This document shows, one piece after another, positions 50,197 through 59,210 of a stretch of 64,000 nt of DNA (positions are counted from its first letter, which is position 1; each line of letters begins with the position of its first letter). Source of the stretch: Turneriella sp. (lineage in GTDB: Bacteria > Spirochaetota > Leptospiria > Turneriellales > Turneriellaceae); the NCBI GenBank assembly GCA_965279515.1, contig CBDIID010000003.1, positions 448,001-512,000 on the forward strand. Reading direction: 5' to 3'. The translations under genes were made by a program, and so were the position numbers. The notes below the pieces were generated by a model. The model worked only from the letters and a program-made list of their open reading frames with translations, was not told where the DNA came from and did not search any database.

Positions 50197-51357
50197 TTAT
50201 TTGATTTGGAAGTTTTCGACGTCGTCGTCTGAACTGCTCGCTGATTGTTGATTACCTTCGGTCGTTACCGAAGATTGCCGATCGTTGGCTGGGTGCAGCT
50301 GATCTGCACGGGTCTTGTAGTCCGCGGCCAGTGCCTTCACCGTTTCGATGGGTGCCGTTTGCAGAGACTTAATGATCTCTTCAGATGCTTTGCCTTCTCC
50401 CGCGCACAGGCGGTAGAATTTTTCGGCGTCGTCGCGCAGCGCTTTCTCGTGCTGCTCGCCGAGCTCGGCTTTCGGTTTGAGTTCGGCGATCTCTTGCGTG
50501 AGCGCTTCGTTCACACGGCTGACGTCAGCCATCAATGCGTCGAATTGCGCCTGCGAGATTTCCACCTCTTCAACCCCTTTGGCGAAAAGACCCTCGGTTT
50601 TCATGCCGAGCTTCTCGCAGAATTGTTTTTTCAATTTCACGTTCGTTTCCTCCTGAGCGTGTAGTTCTTCATTTTTTGATACGTTGTTTTCTGCCGAAGA
50701 ATCTTCGGCCGGTTGAAACCAGTGGCGTGCCAGGCGTTGCTTGGCGTTCGGGTCGCCGCCCTGGTATACGAGAGAGAACTCGTCGTAGCTGGTGATCTCG
50801 GTGACGTCGATCGTCACGAGTTTGTTGTCAACTTCGGCGCCGAGCTTGTACCAGAAATTTTCTAGATCGGGATGAGACTTCTGGAATTTAAAGCGAATGC
50901 CTACAGATCCGCTGTGGATTGCCGGCGGTCTCATTTTCAAACCGGCGGCGATGCGGGGGCTTACTATTTTGTCGATCTTCAACTCAACGTCGATACCGTT
51001 GGGCTCTTCAGTTTCAGACCAGATCGATTCACTGACAACGCCGAGCCACTGGTTCACGTCGCGGTCGTGGTTGGGGTAAACGGTTTGGTGCAAGAGTAGC
51101 TTTACACTTTTTTTGAGAACATCACCGAGCGAGAAGTTCAGCCAGTAGCCAGGGATCACGACTTTAGAAAGAGCACGGAAGCGAGGATAGATATAATTCT
51201 CGTCTTCCTTCATCTCCGTCGGCGCACCTTCGGCGGGTGCGAGCAACTTCGCGGCGCTGTTTATGCAGACGCCTTCGAAGCTGTTCTTGCGCAGCATTAC
51301 GGTGAGCTCGCCGTCGACGAGCGTGACCATGTTACCTTTGCTTTTCATTCTTATCAT
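50197..51357 (-). CDS. Prohead protease/scaffold
   Basis: NH, SGSVG, E.SLV..G.DP.A protease motifs; coiled-coil C-terminus. Confidence 0.78.
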   Translation of the reverse strand: MIRMKSKGNMVTLVDGELTVMLRKNSFEGVCINSAAKLLAPAEGAPTEMKEDENYIYPRFRALSKVVIPGYWLNFSLGDVLKKSVKLLLHQTVYPNHDRDVNQWLGVVSESIWSETEEPNGIDVELKIDKIVSPRIAAGLKMRPPAIHSGSVGIRFKFQKSHPDLENFWYKLGAEVDNKLVTIDVTEITSYDEFSLVYQGGDPNAKQRLARHWFQPAEDSSAENNVSKNEELHAQEETNVKLKKQFCEKLGMKTEGLFAKGVEEVEISQAQFDALMADVSRVNEALTQEIAELKPKAELGEQHEKALRDDAEKFYRLCAGEGKASEEIIKSLQTAPIETVKALAADYKTRADQLHPANDRQSSVTTEGNQQSASSSDDDVENFQIK

Positions 51358-52439
51358 GTGAGATCCTCAAAGTCTGCCGTTGCGGCGTTGGGTATGTTGC
51401 GGATGAAGGATGTGCCTTCGGGGTAGATCTTGAACTTCACGCCTTCGAGGCTGCGCTCAAGCGTGATCTCGAAATAACCGAACTCGTCGCTGATGACGCT
51501 GCGCGGGTGTGGCAACAGGCTGATGCCTTTGGTGGCCACGACCTGAATCTCGCGGCCTGGAAGCGGATCGCCGGTACCGTCTTTCAGATAACCGGAGACG
51601 ACGCAGATCTGCGGATCGGCGAGCGAAGGTGCGGCGACCGCAGCGTTGAGCGTGCACGAAGTGATCGTCGGCCGCGCGGTACCGTCGAGCGAGCGCAGCA
51701 CGATGCCGATGCGCACCCACGACTTTTGCGCGAGCGGCGGCAGATCGGTGAGCGCCGACGCCTGATCATAGCTGCGGTCTGAATTTACCCAGGCGCCGCC
51801 ATCGTAAAATTTCGCGACACCGTCGATAATCCAGAAGTAGCGGATGCCGGTTTGCGCCGGAGCGCTCACCGACTGCAGCAGCTCTTCGGCTTCAGTGATC
51901 AGCACCGGCGGTGTGAGCAGGTAGAGATTCGCGTCGTCGTAGTATTGCACCGGGCCGTTCAGCTCGAAGCGAATGATCTGCACCGTGTCGGCAGAATCAG
52001 TGAGCACGAGTTTGACGTAGCGGTAACGAACCGCGGTGAACGATTGGTTGATGTCGTCTTCGACATCGGGGATGTTGACGATCTCGTCGAAGTCTATACC
52101 GTCTTCTGAGAGATAAAGAATCGCCGACGCGGGCAATCCGCCTAACGCGAAGTCGAGTTTGAGACGGTTCAGCCATAACAGGCGACCGAGATCGATTTCG
52201 ATTTCGTGAGGCCCCGACACAACCGTAGACCAGTACGTCGCGGCGTCGCCATCGACCATGTGCGATGCCGGGTGATCGGCGTGTGCCGAAGTTGCCTCGA
52301 TAGATTTATTTAAAGCGAGATCGGTGCTCGTGTTCGCGAGCTCTTTGATGCGCGCGACTGCGGACGCAATTTCTACGCGCTCCGCATTAAAGCGAAACTC
52401 GTTAGAGCGGTCGAAAAGGTATGTGTGTCGTACTGACAT
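51354..52439 (-). CDS. Discoidin (F5/8 type C) domain protein
   Basis: A..MVDGD..TYW...IEIDLG...SEDG..F...RYRYVKL; C-terminal G.L.D..G.PL...SDEFGYF. Confidence 0.75.
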   Translation of the reverse strand: MSVRHTYLFDRSNEFRFNAERVEIASAVARIKELANTSTDLALNKSIEATSAHADHPASHMVDGDAATYWSTVVSGPHEIEIDLGRLLWLNRLKLDFALGGLPASAILYLSEDGIDFDEIVNIPDVEDDINQSFTAVRYRYVKLVLTDSADTVQIIRFELNGPVQYYDDANLYLLTPPVLITEAEELLQSVSAPAQTGIRYFWIIDGVAKFYDGGAWVNSDRSYDQASALTDLPPLAQKSWVRIGIVLRSLDGTARPTITSCTLNAAVAAPSLADPQICVVSGYLKDGTGDPLPGREIQVVATKGISLLPHPRSVISDEFGYFEITLERSLEGVKFKIYPEGTSFIRNIPNAATADFEDLT

Positions 52440-52677
52440 TTTTTAATGCCACGTACGGTGATCAGACAGGTAGCAAGCGCGCTATTCCCGAGGTTTTGTG
52501 TTTTTTATGGTCTCGGGATTATGTCTCATGTTTAGAAAACTTTTTGGGCGCCTCTCAGAGGGCAAAAGCGCCGTTGATTTTCGTTGCGAAACGCGAAGTC
52601 GGGGGTTTCTGCTCCCCAGGAATGACACCCGGCTTAAAATGGCTAGAAATGCCCTTTGCGGGGATGAGTAAATCCGC

Positions 52678-52980
52678 TTATTGGTAGTAGAGTTCGCGGG
52701 CCAAGTCTCTGACATGCACCGGTAACTCTTCGAGCGGGTATTCGCCGCGCGCGATGCGGGCGAACTCGTTTCTCCAGGTGCGCGGTGTGCCACCGGTGAG
52801 AAGCCCCTCGAAATTCTTGCGGGCGAAGGTGCCGAGGTGCTGCACGAAGTAAGCGTCGAGAAATTTACTCTCGTCTTCGTTCATCTCGACCAGGTTCATG
52901 TCGAACTCTTCGCCCTGCAGCTGATCGCGGTTCACCAACTCGAAGTCGTTGACGAGTGTCTGCTCGCGCGCTTCGGTCAT
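52678..52980 (-). CDS. Small acidic protein, candidate immunity protein
   Basis: ATGA overlap with the MuF-toxin stop; 100 aa, E/D-rich. Confidence 0.6.
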   Translation of the reverse strand: MTEAREQTLVNDFELVNRDQLQGEEFDMNLVEMNEDESKFLDAYFVQHLGTFARKNFEGLLTGGTPRTWRNEFARIARGEYPLEELPVHVRDLARELYYQ

Positions 52981-54404
52981 GGTACAACCTCGACATAAGT
53001 GTCTTCGTACTCGGCGAAGTTCTTTTTCTTAGGCCTGAACGAAGTGGCGATGCTCGACGACTTATCGTCGACCACGACCGCGAGATTCTCTTTCGTCTGG
53101 TAGAACATGGTTCTTGCTGCGCCCTTGTTATAGTAGACGAACAGTCGATCATAGTCGGTCAATACTTTTTTGGCCAGCGCCGCATAAGCCTTCGCGTTCT
53201 TCGGAGCGTCCGCTCCGGTGAACTCGTCCTTGTGCTTATCGAAGTGCGAGGCCAGCGCTTCGGGCTGTCCCCAGTCTGCGCCCTGGAAGGCGTTGATCTT
53301 CGAGGCGAACTCGCTCGGGTTCAGATCGTGAAAATCCTGCCAGCGCAGAAATGCTTGCTGGCGTTTGATCTGCCCCGTGGCTTCGTCGACCGTCGTGGCT
53401 TCGGGCATCTTCGGCTGCGTGAGTTCTTTTCCCGTGCGGGTCAAGATGCGCTCTTCGCGTCCGACGACCACCGTCGTGCGGCACCGTCCATGGTAAGGCG
53501 GCATGCGGCACGCGAGTGAAGCGATCACCTGCGGCGTCTTGCCTTGCGGCACCGTCTTCGGCCAGGGAAATTTTGACACGACGTCGGATGGCTCTGTGTC
53601 CAGGACATCCTGCACAAATTCGGCCATCGTTTCTACCCGTACTCTGCGGCCATTCATCTCGCGGCAAATTGCCGAAGTCTTCTGGTCGAGAATCGCGACG
53701 ATCTCCAGCTCTTGAAAGCCGAGCTCTTGCATCGACAGCACCTGCGAAAAGTTGCGCGCCTTGTTCACCGCGTTCGAGACAACCAGGCGGTAACGGCTCT
53801 GCGCTTCGTCTTCACCCAAAACCTTGCCGGCAGCTTTCGCTGCGGCGATGGCTTTGTCGCGAATCTCTTTCGCCGATGTACCTTTACCTTCGAGCTCGTC
53901 GAGCACGGCCTGCCGCATCTCGTCGCGGAAGTCGTTATAGACAGCGCCGTAGTCGTAACCCTGCGCCGCCTCGAACCACTTCATCGCTTTCGGCAGCTGC
54001 TGCGTCGCGGTTTTCTGCGCGGGCTTTACCCCGCTCGTCGCACCATCGACCCAGGCGTTGCGGATGTGATCGCGCACCGCGGCGGAAACCTCCGCCGGGA
54101 GTGTGTCTCTCATCTCGCCGTCGAGCCAGTCGAGTGCGGAATCGGCATCGCCTTTTGCAAGACGATCTTCGAGCCCGCGCACGATGCGCTCGACTTCTAC
54201 CTTGTACTGACCCAGCATCGCCGATTGAGCCGCGGCATCTTGCGCCGCAGCCTTCTCGGCTTCTTTGCGTTTCGTAACGTTGTCAATCGCCGGCTTGCCG
54301 TCCTCTGACGGTTTGCCGGTTTTGGCTAATCTGCTTTCCGGAAGGGAATCAGATTCGTGCCCCGTGCAGCCTTCGTGGTCGCACGGTGAAGTATTGCGGT
54401 CTTT
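52977..54404 (-). CDS. MuF/SPP1 gp7-like minor head protein with C-terminal toxin-like domain; probably entered by -1 frameshift from portal
   Basis: EIVAILDQKTSAICREMNG...PPYHGRCRT MuF core; extension HFDKHKDEF...IATSFRP; alternative internal ATG at 54218. Confidence 0.8.
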   Translation of the reverse strand, partial: KDRNTSPCDHEGCTGHESDSLPESRLAKTGKPSEDGKPAIDNVTKRKEAEKAAAQDAAAQSAMLGQYKVEVERIVRGLEDRLAKGDADSALDWLDGEMRDTLPAEVSAAVRDHIRNAWVDGATSGVKPAQKTATQQLPKAMKWFEAAQGYDYGAVYNDFRDEMRQAVLDELEGKGTSAKEIRDKAIAAAKAAGKVLGEDEAQSRYRLVVSNAVNKARNFSQVLSMQELGFQELEIVAILDQKTSAICREMNGRRVRVETMAEFVQDVLDTEPSDVVSKFPWPKTVPQGKTPQVIASLACRMPPYHGRCRTTVVVGREERILTRTGKELTQPKMPEATTVDEATGQIKRQQAFLRWQDFHDLNPSEFASKINAFQGADWGQPEALASHFDKHKDEFTGADAPKNAKAYAALAKKVLTDYDRLFVYYNKGAARTMFYQTKENLAVVVDDKSSSIATSFRPKKKNFAEYEDTYVEVVP

Positions 54405-55693
54405 TTTTTTAGCGCGCGCATCGTTGCTGCGGTCGCCTTTGTGCCGGTGGCCTTCTCGTAGCCGGCCTCGCGCGCGGCTTCGTCGGCAGAGATCCATCCG
54501 GCATCTTGTTTGAGCAGTATATTCAGCAGCTCAAAATTCTTAGCTTGCGCATCGGCAGCCGGGTCGAGCGAGCGCGATGGGTTGAATGTTACGGTGACTG
54601 CCTTTACGCGGAAACCTTTGAGCACCAGGTGCAGCCAATACACTTTCTCAAGGAAGCGTTTCAAAACGCGCTGACGCCCACGCAGTTTTGAAAGGAAACT
54701 CTCGTAGACGACGCCTGCATAGGTTTCGGTTGTTGAGTAACTGCGGCCGAGGAGCGACGGGTCCATGTCGATGCCAGAGGCGAGCTGCTCTTCACCGATC
54801 TGGAACAGATCAGCAGCACCGCGCGCGTCGCCGGTTACGCTTTTATGATCGATCGTGACGTCGTCGTAGCTGACGGCAACGCCTGACTTGGCAAAGTTTT
54901 CACGGAAGGATTTCGCAAAGTCCTCGAGATTCTTTTTAAGGCGGGCGGTGTATTCCCGCGGCGCTTCGTTATTGTTCGGCGCCGGTTTCTTCTTGGCATG
55001 GACGAACCCGAGCAGGCCGATTTTCCTGATGACTTCTTTGATGCGGTCGATGAAATCCTTTTGCGATTTTGCCGTATCGAGCGCGGCTATGAACGGGGGA
55101 ATTCCGTACGGGCTTTTCTCGTCGCGCTGCAGCGGAATATACATGTACTGATGTTCGTTGAGTTCGACATCCTCGCCGATGCCCGTTTGGAAAGGAGCCC
55201 AGTCGCCGCGGTCATTGCGTTTGAAGCGAACTTCTTTCACCGGCACGAGCTCGACTTTGCGAATGCCAGAGAAGTCGCCTTCTGGAATCGCCTCAGCAGA
55301 AAGCGCGCCGCGGATTGTTACCTGGCGGAGAATAGCATCGACGAGGGAATCGATTCCGGCAGCCGGCTTGAAAGCTGTCTTTGCAAAATCCTTGAGCTCT
55401 TCGCGCGCCTTTACCGATTCGGCTTCAGAGAGGCCCTCGAAAGAGACCTGGTGTCCGGTATTCGCAAAGCTGATCGTACGCTCCACGGCCTGCGACAGAT
55501 CTGGCGTAGAAAGAACGAGCTTCTCTATTTCGTCTACGAGCTCGAACGGTACCGGCGGCGTCACAGAATCGAGCAGTTCACTGCGTTTGCGCTCTGGCGT
55601 CAGCTCGCGCTCCGACGGAATATCTACCGCAAAGGCTTGCTGCGCCGGCTCTTTGCGGCCGCGAGAGAATATATTTCCGAGGAAGCGAAACAT
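54326..55693 (-). CDS. Portal protein
   Basis: Follows terminase; SPYGIPP, G.D..LLG....T.., IS.DEAAREAGY end motif. Confidence 0.85.
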   Translation of the reverse strand: MFRFLGNIFSRGRKEPAQQAFAVDIPSERELTPERKRSELLDSVTPPVPFELVDEIEKLVLSTPDLSQAVERTISFANTGHQVSFEGLSEAESVKAREELKDFAKTAFKPAAGIDSLVDAILRQVTIRGALSAEAIPEGDFSGIRKVELVPVKEVRFKRNDRGDWAPFQTGIGEDVELNEHQYMYIPLQRDEKSPYGIPPFIAALDTAKSQKDFIDRIKEVIRKIGLLGFVHAKKKPAPNNNEAPREYTARLKKNLEDFAKSFRENFAKSGVAVSYDDVTIDHKSVTGDARGAADLFQIGEEQLASGIDMDPSLLGRSYSTTETYAGVVYESFLSKLRGRQRVLKRFLEKVYWLHLVLKGFRVKAVTVTFNPSRSLDPAADAQAKNFELLNILLKQDAGWISADEAAREAGYEKATGTKATAATMRALKKKTAILHRATTKAARGTNLIPFRKAD

Positions 55694-55697
55694 CTTG

Positions 55698-57371
55698 TTA
55701 TGTGAGGCTCAGATAAATCGGGTCCACACCCGTGACGACATGCAACGGTGAAACTTCAGACGCGATGCGTGCGTAGTTTAATGCCATGCCGTAGTGATTC
55801 GGAACTTTTTTCTTGTAGTGAATTTCGTTGATACCGCCCTTATCGACACCCTCTTTGATGAGCATCTTAAGCTGTGACTTGAAAACTTCGTAGGCTGTAA
55901 TCTTGTCGGCGGGCATGCGCTTCGGGTCTGGTAATTCTATCCGCACATCACGCAGCGATTCCGTGGTTTCGTCCAGCGACTCGTCACGGTTCACAGTAAC
56001 ACGTGGCACGGCGAATTCGCCCTGGCCTTCTTCGCCGGTTTTGAGAGTGTCGCCTTTATAGTAATTGATGTAAACGCGTCCCTGAAAATGGCGGGCGATA
56101 TTTTTCGCGAGCGTCTTGTACGGCATCGCGTCGATGACGCCGCAGTATCCGCCGCGTTGCTCGACCGCGTCGATGATGGCTTTCTCATTGTCGGCCGGCA
56201 TTTCGATAAAGTCGGTAACGCGCAGGCGATTCTCGTGAGGCTGCATGAAGACGAGGTGGCATTTGTCGCCGACGTCCATACCCCAGAAGGTGAAACGCGT
56301 GTGAGAATCGGCCGAGTATAGTCTCTGCGCGGCGCGCAGCACGTCGTCGGTAATGGGCTTAGAGTTAACGGTGCTGAACGGCTGGCCGAGAATAGAGATA
56401 GAGAAGTTCTTTTTCTGGATCAATGTCGTAGCCGATTCGTACCGGCGCTTGATCTCAGCGGCAGAGATATGCTCGAACAGCAGGTGCGAAAGGTGCCGGC
56501 CGACAATATCCTTGGATCGCTTCGGAAATTCAGCGACCCAGACGCCCGTGCTCATGTTGAGTTTGCGCGAACACTTCACGCAGCCGATGTAGACGTTATT
56601 GCCTTTCGTAATGAGGCAATCAGGGAAGGTCTTGTCGGGAAAATTCCAGAATCCGCATCCGCATTTTACGCCGAAGAACCGGCTGTCAGATTCTTTAAAA
56701 TCAGCATCGATGCCAAAGTCATCCTCTGACGGTTGCGACAACTTGGTGATGGCTGGGTCGGATGAGTGAAGCAAACGGTCTTCGGCGAACTGCAGGTTCT
56801 CCTGATTCGACTCGTCGACTTCGTCCATTACGCCGTGATCGATCGAGATCGACTTCACCTTGCGCTTCGAAAAAACGCCACGAAAATAGATTGAGAATTT
56901 TCCGAATTGCTTGAGGCCGACATTGTCGGTCAGACTGGGCCCTTGCAGCGACGAAAGCAGCTCCGAGTTTTCAATAATCGGATTCGCTTTGTCCTGTACA
57001 TAATCAGCGATGTCTTCGTCTGTTGGAAAAAAGTAACTGGTGTTCGATCCGTATTTTACGCCGAGGTAAACGGATTTGAGAAACGCGTAGGTAGAGATCG
57101 CCATCTGAGCGGCTTTGCGATAAACTTCACGCGGCGGCTTCGGTTGCGTATAGATCTCGCGCAGCGGCTCGTGGTCCTTAAGACTGAACGGCTGCCAGGA
57201 GCGACCAACCTTGATGCGGATATTTTGCATCACCCATTCTAGCATGTTCGTCGCGCCGAAGTGCTTGCGCCCTTCGACGAGAAACTGCTCGAATTGCTCT
57301 TCGTTCTTCGCGGCCATGTCTTCAGGAAAGAACAGGACGAGTGCTAATATTAATGCGAGTATGCGTTTCAC
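55698..57371 (-). CDS. Terminase large subunit (lambda gpA-like family)
   Basis: KAAQMAIS Walker A variant, MDEVD Walker B, SQP, Cys motifs, GMDVG nuclease, NHY. Confidence 0.88.
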   Translation of the reverse strand: MKRILALILALVLFFPEDMAAKNEEQFEQFLVEGRKHFGATNMLEWVMQNIRIKVGRSWQPFSLKDHEPLREIYTQPKPPREVYRKAAQMAISTYAFLKSVYLGVKYGSNTSYFFPTDEDIADYVQDKANPIIENSELLSSLQGPSLTDNVGLKQFGKFSIYFRGVFSKRKVKSISIDHGVMDEVDESNQENLQFAEDRLLHSSDPAITKLSQPSEDDFGIDADFKESDSRFFGVKCGCGFWNFPDKTFPDCLITKGNNVYIGCVKCSRKLNMSTGVWVAEFPKRSKDIVGRHLSHLLFEHISAAEIKRRYESATTLIQKKNFSISILGQPFSTVNSKPITDDVLRAAQRLYSADSHTRFTFWGMDVGDKCHLVFMQPHENRLRVTDFIEMPADNEKAIIDAVEQRGGYCGVIDAMPYKTLAKNIARHFQGRVYINYYKGDTLKTGEEGQGEFAVPRVTVNRDESLDETTESLRDVRIELPDPKRMPADKITAYEVFKSQLKMLIKEGVDKGGINEIHYKKKVPNHYGMALNYARIASEVSPLHVVTGVDPIYLSLT

Positions 57372-57904
57372 TTCTTTGCCTCCGATGCGCGTATTTGTTT
57401 AAGTTTTTCATGAAAGCGTTTTTCTACTTGCGACCAGCGCTGCTCAAGCAGCTTGCCGATTTTTTCGTCTTCCTGGAGAACAGAGAGCAGAGCCGTGACG
57501 GATTGCCGCGCGGTCTCTTCGCTGTCGCGGTCGGCACCGCTTTGTTCCAGGATAAATTTGCCCGCACCGATGAGAGAATAAATCGCACCATCGAGAGTCT
57601 TGGCCTGGAGCGAAGGAAGCTGCTGAACGAGTAGCTCTTTGGCCCTGCTGACCTCGCTGATAATTTCACGGCGGGCGCCGGCGATACTCTCGTCGATCTT
57701 ATCGTGGTGTGCGACTTCCGTTCTTTTGCAGCGTTCATCCCAGTTAAGGCCGCGAGCGTCTTTCTCTTGCGACCATTCGTGGACAGTCGCTTTGGATATC
57801 TTCGGGTACTCCCGCTTAAGAACGCGCACAACCTCGGAAAGATTCCGGCTGTCGTAGTAGATACGGAACGCGCGCTCTTTGACTTCATGGGTGTACCGGG
57901 GCAT
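57368..57904 (-). CDS. Terminase small subunit-like HTH protein
   Basis: AF.IY...ISKATV.EW...W; directly upstream of the large subunit; ATG 57904. Confidence 0.7.
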   Translation of the reverse strand: MPRYTHEVKERAFRIYYDSRNLSEVVRVLKREYPKISKATVHEWSQEKDARGLNWDERCKRTEVAHHDKIDESIAGARREIISEVSRAKELLVQQLPSLQAKTLDGAIYSLIGAGKFILEQSGADRDSEETARQSVTALLSVLQEDEKIGKLLEQRWSQVEKRFHEKLKQIRASEAKK

Positions 57905-57909
57905 TGCAT

Positions 57910-58302
57910 TTATTTCGAGGTCGCGGCCCCCGCGGCAAAGCCCGCACCGATCAGCAAGGCCGCGGCGAGAGCGATCTCCCACCACTCGAACGATTTACCG
58001 AACGAGATCACCTTGCCTTCGGGGCTCATCTTGAATTTGTACTTGAGGTCGTGCACTTCGAGAAACAACACGTAGCTGCCGTCGGCGAGCTCCTGGCGTT
58101 TCGAGCGGTCTTCTTTGAGGTCGGCGGCTTCGATCTTTTCGAGGCGCTCGGCGTCTGCGATCAGCTGCGCCAGAACTTCTTTGCGCAGAATCGTGACTTG
58201 GCGTTCGCGGGGCGGAGGATTGAGAGGCGGCGCCGCCAGCAGTCCGGAGACTGAAACTGCCAGCAGCACCGCGAGGAGAATTTTTTTAAATGGGTGGTTC
58301 AT
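57910..58302 (-). CDS. Signal peptide plus C-terminal TM protein (spanin-like)
   Basis: N-terminal signal, C-terminal WWEIALAAALLIGAGFAAG. Confidence 0.55.
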   Translation of the reverse strand: MNHPFKKILLAVLLAVSVSGLLAAPPLNPPPRERQVTILRKEVLAQLIADAERLEKIEAADLKEDRSKRQELADGSYVLFLEVHDLKYKFKMSPEGKVISFGKSFEWWEIALAAALLIGAGFAAGAATSK

Positions 58303-58472
58303 TGTTTGAGCGCCTTCTTGGCCTCTTCGATATACGGGCGGTCGATGTGCTCGTGCAGCTTCTCAGTGTCGATATCGCCGAGCTTGCCGTTAGAACAAGC
58401 CGCGCGGCCGCCGAAGTATGTGGCCACGAGCACCGCAACTGCGATGCCCAGGTATTTAATCTTTGTGATCAC
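58299..58472 (-). CDS. Small N-terminal TM protein (spanin-like)
   Basis: GTG 58472 coupled to the upstream stop, GGAGG RBS; one TM. Confidence 0.55.
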   Translation of the reverse strand: MITKIKYLGIAVAVLVATYFGGRAACSNGKLGDIDTEKLHEHIDRPYIEEAKKALKQ

Positions 58473-58915
58473 GGGATGCCGCCTTCGTTCGGCGCGGGCG
58501 GTTTGGCCTTGGGTGTGAAACGATCTTTGACTGCGCGGTAGAGCTCTGCCAACGTAGGCCCGCAAAGGATCAACACGCCCGAGAGCGGCAGTACTTCACC
58601 GCCGAGGCCCAAGAGATCGACAACAGGCGTCGTCACGCGGATGGAAATCATCAGCAACATAAAGCCAATAATGCGAAGCAGATTCGAGAATCGCCAGAAC
58701 GACACGAAGTCGTCGGCGTCAGCTGTGGTACCATTGCCGCGGATCGCTTCGAGAATCATCGGGCCGGCAAAAAGCACGATGCCCGCAACGGGCAATGCCT
58801 GGCCAAAGATGCCCAGCATGGTGAGTGCCGGTGTGGCTACGAAGCCAGAAAGGATAATCAGAAAAACGCCGAGCAGGCGGAAGAGATTGGTGATGCGAAA
58901 GAGTGGTTTATTCAT
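58469..58915 (-). CDS. Four-TM holin-like protein
   Basis: Two similar 2-TM halves; GAGG RBS. Confidence 0.55.
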   Translation of the reverse strand: MNKPLFRITNLFRLLGVFLIILSGFVATPALTMLGIFGQALPVAGIVLFAGPMILEAIRGNGTTADADDFVSFWRFSNLLRIIGFMLLMISIRVTTPVVDLLGLGGEVLPLSGVLILCGPTLAELYRAVKDRFTPKAKPPAPNEGGIP

Positions 58916-58916
58916 G

Positions 58917-59108
58917 TTACCTCACACGCTTGTTGATCAGGAATTTTACATCTTCCCTGATTTCTTTGAGGATGCGCGCGTTGTTTTCGTTAGCAACTTC
59001 GAGTTTCACGATGCGAATCTCGATGTCTTTGCTGACGGTGAAGTAATAGACCAGCATCGATACGGCAAATACAGCCGCCTTGATATAGTCTTTCGCTTCA
59101 AACCGCAT
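58917..59108 (-). CDS. Small TM plus coiled-coil protein (holin/antiholin-like)
   Basis: One TM then RIVKLE...LKEIREDVK; first late gene. Confidence 0.55.
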   Translation of the reverse strand: MRFEAKDYIKAAVFAVSMLVYYFTVSKDIEIRIVKLEVANENNARILKEIREDVKFLINKRVR

Positions 59109-59210
59109 CGCATCTCCGTCGCAGTCCTAAAAATTGGTGAGCGCCCGTTGCCAGGCGCCCGCCAAGGAGCTGCGCTTGTTCCCGTCCGGGTTACCGGTCG
59201 TGACAGTGCG

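Noticed and set aside
54405..54497. ATG at 54497 as the MuF start (track ORF)
   Set aside because: It lies about 170 nt inside the portal over its conserved end motif, and the peptide MDLCRRSRARGRL looks like off-frame sequence.
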